A program made the position numbers and the translations under genes. The notes beneath the pieces were generated by a model. That model ran no database searches and was not told the origin of the DNA. It saw only the letters and a list, made by a program, of their open reading frames with translations. A stretch of DNA of 64,000 nt from Carcharhinus amblyrhynchos (Eukaryota), in the NCBI GenBank assembly GCA_965287045.1, contig OZ336870.1, positions 86,490,001 through 86,554,000 of the forward strand, given 5' to 3'. This document shows positions 59,806 to 64,000 of the stretch, in pieces; positions within the stretch are counted from its first letter, which is position 1; each line of letters begins with the position of its first letter.

Positions 59806-61115
59806 AAGAAAAAGAACAAAGAAAATTACAGCACAGGAACAGGCCCTTCAGCCCTGCAACTCTGCACCAACTATGCTGCCCGTCTGAACTAAAACCCCTA
59901 CCCTTCCGGGGATCATATCCCTTTATTCCCATCCTATTCAGTCACCCCTTAAAAGTCACTACTGTATCCGCTTCCACTACCTCCCCCAGCAACGAGTTCC
60001 AGGCACCCACCACCCTCTGCGTAAAAAAGAAAATAAATTGCCTTATACGTCTCCTTTAAACCTTGCCCCTTGCACCTTACACCTGCACCCCTTAGTAATT
60101 GACTCTTCCACCCTGGGAAAAAGCTTCTGAATATCCACTCTGTCCACGCCTCTCATAATCTTGTAACTTCTATCAGGTCTCCCCTCAACCTCTGTCATTC
60201 CAGTGAGAACAAACCAAGTTTCTCCAACCTCTCTTCATAGCTAATGCCCTCCATACCAGGCAACATCCTGGTAAATCTTTTCTGTATCCTCTCCAAAGCC
60301 CCCACATCCTTTTTGTAGTGTGGCGACCAGAATTGAACGGTATATTCCAAATGCAGCCTAACTAAGGTTCTATAAAACTGCAACATGACTTGCCAATTTT
60401 TAAACTCAAAGCCCAGGCTGATGAAGGCAAGCATGCCGTGTGCCGCCTTGACTACCTTCTTCACCTGCATTGCCACATTCAGTGACCTGTGTACCTGTAT
60501 ACCCAGATGCCTTTGCCTATCAATACTCTTAAGGGTTCTGCCATTTACTGGACATTTCCTATCTGTATTAGACCTTGCAAAATTTGTCCGAATTAAACTC
60601 CATCTGCCATCTCTCTTCCCAAGTCTCCAACTGATCTGTATTCTCTGATGTTCCTCATTGCTATCTGCAATTCCACTAACCTTTGTGTTGTTTGCAAAGT
60701 TACTAATCAAACCAGTTACACTTTCCTCTAAATCATTGATATGTATATTACAGACAGCAAAGGTCCCAGCACTGATCCCTGTAGAATGCCACTTATCACA
60801 GCCCTCCATTCAGAAATGCACCCTTCCACTGCTACCCTCTGTCTTCTTTGACCAAGCCAGTTTTGTATCCATCTTGCCAGCTCACCTTTTGATCCCATAC
60901 GACTTCACCTTCTGCACCAGTCTGCCATGAGGGACCTTGTCAAAGGCCTTACTGAAGTCCATGTAGACAACATCCACTGCCCTACCCTCATCAATCATCT
61001 TCGCCGCTTCCTTGAAAAGCTCGAATCAAGTTCGTGAGGCATGACCCCCCCTTCACAAAACCATGTTTCCTCTCACTAATACGTACATTTATTTCCAAGT
61101 GGGAATAAATCTTGC
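59806..61115 (-). mobile_element. 5'-truncated CR1 LINE
   Basis: ORF 60195-60809 LVRLHLEYTVQFWSP. YMDFSKAFDKVPH at about 60925-60965. Tail at about 59810. Confidence 0.92.
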
Positions 61116-61149
61116 CTCCTTTACTACTTACTACTACTATTACTACTGT

Positions 61150-61300
61150 TCAAAGATGTGTGGGTTAGGTTGATTGGCCATGCTAAAATTGTCCCTTGGT
61201 GTCACGGAGATTAATTAAGTGCATGGGATTACTGGGTTAGGGCCTAGGTAAGATTGTTGTTGGTGCAGGCTCAATGGGCTGAATGGCCTCTTTCTGCAGT
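61150..61300 (+). mobile_element. HE1-type SINE 3' half
   Basis: caaagatgtg..ggttaggttgattggccatgctaaa...gggctgaatggcctc. Confidence 0.75.
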
Positions 61301-62589
61301 ATCCTTTTCCCTTGTGAAGACAGACTCATTCAGTACCTCAGCCATGCTTTCTACCTCCATAGAAAGATCTCATTTTTGGTTCCTTATCAGCCGCAGCCAT
61401 TCCTTTGATTACCCTGTTAACCTTTTGAGTTGAGGAAAAAGTTGCTGCTGTGATTCAATACCAGTATGGCATGACTGATTATCAGTGGTATGATGCAGTT
61501 GGAAATCTTTAAAGGCCATGTTGAAGGCACTTCTACACAATCAAATGTGCTTTTTTACAGTGGTCATAGTGTACAGAATAAAATGGAAAACTATGAAGAA
61601 AATATATTTGTTTTAATTTTTGACATGGTGCAGGAAGATATTTGCTGTTAGGATTTGAGTGAAGGAGATGCTGCTCTGACACCATGTTCCCATGTTATTA
61701 TTTTGAAGAATGCGCAGTCTTTGATTATGCACAACCCATAGGTAGGACATAAAAATGTTTCAACAAGATATGATGTGGTATGATTGATAGAAAAATGCCA
61801 TGTTTTGTCGTGCTGCAAAAATATAATTGATCATTCTAGGTACAACAAAAGTGATAGTAAGTAATAATCCATAAATATAGATATTGAAGGTCTGCATGTG
61901 TAATAGCAATAAATGTTGCATTTATTTTACCTTGCTGATGTGAAATCAGCTTTGACTAGCATTCGTGCTGGAATCCACTTTTCCAAGCATTCCTGCTGCA
62001 TTATAAATGAGATGGCACCTCTTGTTGCTGCAGTTCCACCACAGGCACAGTACTGAGAGATATAAACAACTGTGGCGTGCAGTCAGTTTAAATGGTGACC
62101 TTAGAGGCCAACCAGTTCTGTGGTTGTTTTATCACTGGCCGGCACAAACCAAAAAATGTTTGCAGCTGGAAAGATAATGTACAAGTCTGCACATGCATAG
62201 TTTTCTATTGCTGCTGCTGGTTCTAGGAAATCTATCGCTCCATTTAATCAGTTCAAATTGCAGAACGCTGAGGGTTGAAGTATGTTGTCAAAGCTCTTCC
62301 CTATTGTAACTATGTTACAAGAAATCATGTTTTTCTGTTGTCTTGTGATACCATCAAATTTAATATCACTGGTTTGTATTCACCAGTGCAGACCAGTAAC
62401 ATTCTCTAGGTTTTTAGATGGTGCTCCAGAATATCATGGTCTGCTTTTTGCCTTTTGGATGAGATGCTGACTCGAGGCTACATTTGCCCTCTCAAATTAA
62501 TATAAAATATTCCATGACACTATTTTGAAGAGCAAGGGGATTCTAGTTGGCATCTTGGCCAATGTTTATCCACCAATGAACATCAATAA

Positions 62590-63080
62590 TGCTCACAGAA
62601 GCACCATAGAAAACATCCTTCCTGATATATCATAGCTTGGTAGGGCTCCTGCTCTGTCCAAGACCGCACGAAACTACAAAGGATCACGAACAAAGTCCAG
62701 TCCATCACTCAAACCAGCCTCCCATCGTTGACCCTTCCTACATTTTCCACTGCATTGGAAAAGCAGCCAGCATAATCAAGGACCCCACGCATCCAGGGCA
62801 TACTTTCTTCCACCTCTTCCTGTCGGGAGAAAGATACAAAAGTCTGAGGTCACATACTAACTGACACAAGAACAGCTTCTTCTCTGCTGCCATCAGACTT
62901 TTGAACGGACCTACCTTAAATTAAGTTGATCTTCCTCTACACCCTAGCTATGACTGTAACACTACGTTCTGCATGCTCTCCTTTCCTTCTCTATGAACAG
63001 TGTGCTTTGTCTGCATAGCATGCAAGAAACAATATTTTTCACTATGCTAGTATGTTTGACAATAATAAATCAATCAATCA
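62590..63080 (+). mobile_element. Rex1/Babar-clade LINE 3' fragment
   Basis: KAASIIKDPTHPGHTFFHL. Homologous to 40800-41264. aatc tail. Confidence 0.85.
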
Positions 63081-63096
63081 GTAAAGCAAATTTGAA

Positions 63097-63435
63097 GGTG
63101 GTACATTGGTTAGCACTGCAGCCTCAAAGCACCAGGGACCCCATTTAATTCTGGCCTTGGATGACAATGTGGAGTTGGTACACTCTCCCTGTGTCTGCAT
63201 GGATTTCCTCGGGGTGCTCTGGTTCCCTCCCACGGTCAAAAGATGTGCAAGTTAGATGGATTTTCCAGCCTAAAATTGCCCCTTTGGCCAAATATGTTTA
63301 TGTTAGGGGATTAACCATGGTAAATGTGTGGCATTACACTGGGGCGCCCTGGATAAGATTAAGATGCTCTTTTGGAGATGAGGTGCAAACTCGATGGGCC
63401 AAAAAGCTACTATCTACCCTGTAGGGATTCTATGG
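63097..63435 (+). mobile_element. HE1-type V-SINE
   Basis: tggttagcactgcagcctca head, V-domain and gggattctatg tail. Confidence 0.85.
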
Positions 63436-63758
63436 AAATTATCTGGTCATTGTCTCATTGATGTTTGTAGAATCTTGTGTGTAAATTGGCTTCTGTGTTT
63501 TCTATGTTATAACGGAGGCAAAACTTTAGAAGTGCATGATTGAGGTTATGAAATGTGCTAAATTAATCTCCCAGCACTTGGCCTGTTTTGTATATATTGT
63601 CACGCACAGTCCTGCAAATTAGTTTAAATACACGTGCAAAGTAAGGTTTTTTATTTTGTTTCCTACATTTCAACAGTGACTATTCTTCAAGAGTACTTTG
63701 GGGTTCAGAAGAAAAGTCACATTGGACTTGAAACATTAACTCTGTTTCTCTGTCCAGT

Positions 63759-63896
63759 AGTAAAAAGTCTGACAACACCAGGTTTTAGTCCAACCGATTT
63801 ATTTGATACTATCAGATAAATCGGTTGGACTAAAACCTGGTGTTGTCAGACTTTTTACTATGTTTACCCCAGTCCAACGCCGGCATATCCACATCA
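63759..63896. mobile_element. Palindromic PLE family 1 mini-copy nested in a PLE family 2 remnant (about 63700-63990)
   Basis: 51-bp arms 63758-63808 / 63810-63860 (1 mismatch) plus a 36-nt tail. TSD tctctgtccagt (63747-63758 / 63897-63908). Confidence 0.9.
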
Positions 63897-64000
63897 TCTC
63901 TGTCCAGTTGCAGCCAGACCTGCTGAATTTTTTCCAGCACTTGCAGCTGATTTTGTTTCAGGTTTCCAGCATCCTCAGTATTTTGCTTCCATCAAAAGCG

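Larger units (their letters stand above)
62430..63570 (+). mobile_element. Deu-domain SINE split by nested Rex1 and HE1 insertions
   Basis: ggatgagatg...cactattttgaagagca...tggccaat.tttatcc (62456-62575) resumes as attatctggtcatt...gtaaattggc (63438 onward). Confidence 0.65.

Noticed and set aside
1-64000. CRISPR arrays, operons or prokaryotic defence systems
   Set aside because: No regularly spaced repeat-spacer array and no gene-dense coding. The content is vertebrate retroelements.

Overview
Eukaryotic, repeat-dense DNA, almost certainly from an elasmobranch (shark or ray). This is inferred from HE1-type V-SINEs, shark-type CR1 LINEs and Deu-domain SINEs. The window looks intronic or intergenic. 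I recognise no cellular protein-coding gene, only one candidate 32-nt exon (50713-50744). All long ORFs are retroelement-derived: CR1 ORF2 (up to 776 aa), Rex1/Babar, RTE, Gypsy gag/integrase and Penelope GIY-YIG remnants. Three observations stand out. (1) An snRNA-derived SINE-like element with a U1-like 5' segment, a U2-like segment, a hairpin body and an AATAAA/A-rich tail (45026-45337), plus a second U2-headed copy (47541-47672); this is a SINEU-like family. (2) A young Penelope-like family carrying a minimal hammerhead ribozyme, present as a TSD-flanked GIY-YIG-containing copy, two TSD-flanked palindromic mini-copies, and one chimera that captured DNA from 1.7 kb upstream. (3) Several locally templated inverted duplications, including a 240-bp arm with an 11-bp TSD. 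Family names come from recognition of motifs by eye, not database searches. Boundaries of old repeats are approximate (tens of bp).
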